A stretch of DNA of 61,668 nucleotides, counting the filler, from Dimargaris cristalligena (lineage: Eukaryota), in NCBI GenBank assembly GCA_003614675.1. It is 4 parts of 4 records of this genome, joined end to end, with 100 filler letters (N's around TTAATTAATTAA, not from the genome) between each part and the next. Parts side by side here need not be neighbours in the genome. Positions count along the whole stretch, not along the records: positions 46,362 to 61,668 come from ML002897.1; 3 more parts are not named here. One strand, given 5' to 3'. The notes beneath the pieces were generated by a model, which saw only the letters and a program-made list of their open reading frames with translations, was not told the DNA's origin and searched no databases. This document shows positions 61,616 to 61,668 of the stretch, in pieces (within the stretch, counting starts at the first letter, position 1; each line of letters opens with the position of its first letter). The translations under genes and the position numbers were made by a program.

Positions 61616-61668
61616 TGTAAAGAACTGAAATCAAATCCTTGAAAACTGAACTTTATTTGAAAAGATAG
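61616..61668 (-). mobile_element. LTR family B end at the contig/window edge
   Basis: Matches 46181-46233. Confidence 0.65.

Overview
Eukaryotic, fungal DNA with GT-AG introns and GC-rich exons. It most resembles an early-diverging fungus, possibly a Dimargaris-like zoopagomycete mycoparasite; that assignment is an inference and is unverified. The window is not one locus. It is four contigs (1-15383, 15484-30852, 30953-46261, 46362-61668; lengths 15383, 15369, 15309, 15307, i.e. size-sorted) joined by artificial N44-TTAATTAATTAA-N44 spacers. Housekeeping content: PHA2, an intronless U3 snoRNA, PSF1, a six-exon STE20/PAK kinase, a class-3 lipase, PEX19, an RRM/zinc-knuckle SR protein, a J-domain protein, VPS34, ACB1 and a CsbD-like protein. 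Repeats: a ~136-bp MITE family and two LTR-like families, one nested in the other. The most striking signal is a set of signal-peptide proteins carrying domains that normally act only inside cells: a five-zinc-finger protein beside an F-box protein. These are candidate host-translocated effectors. Also notable are a Kex2-processed Trp/Cys-rich peptide, an obligatory 4-nt microexon in the SR gene and a spliced YolD-like small gene.
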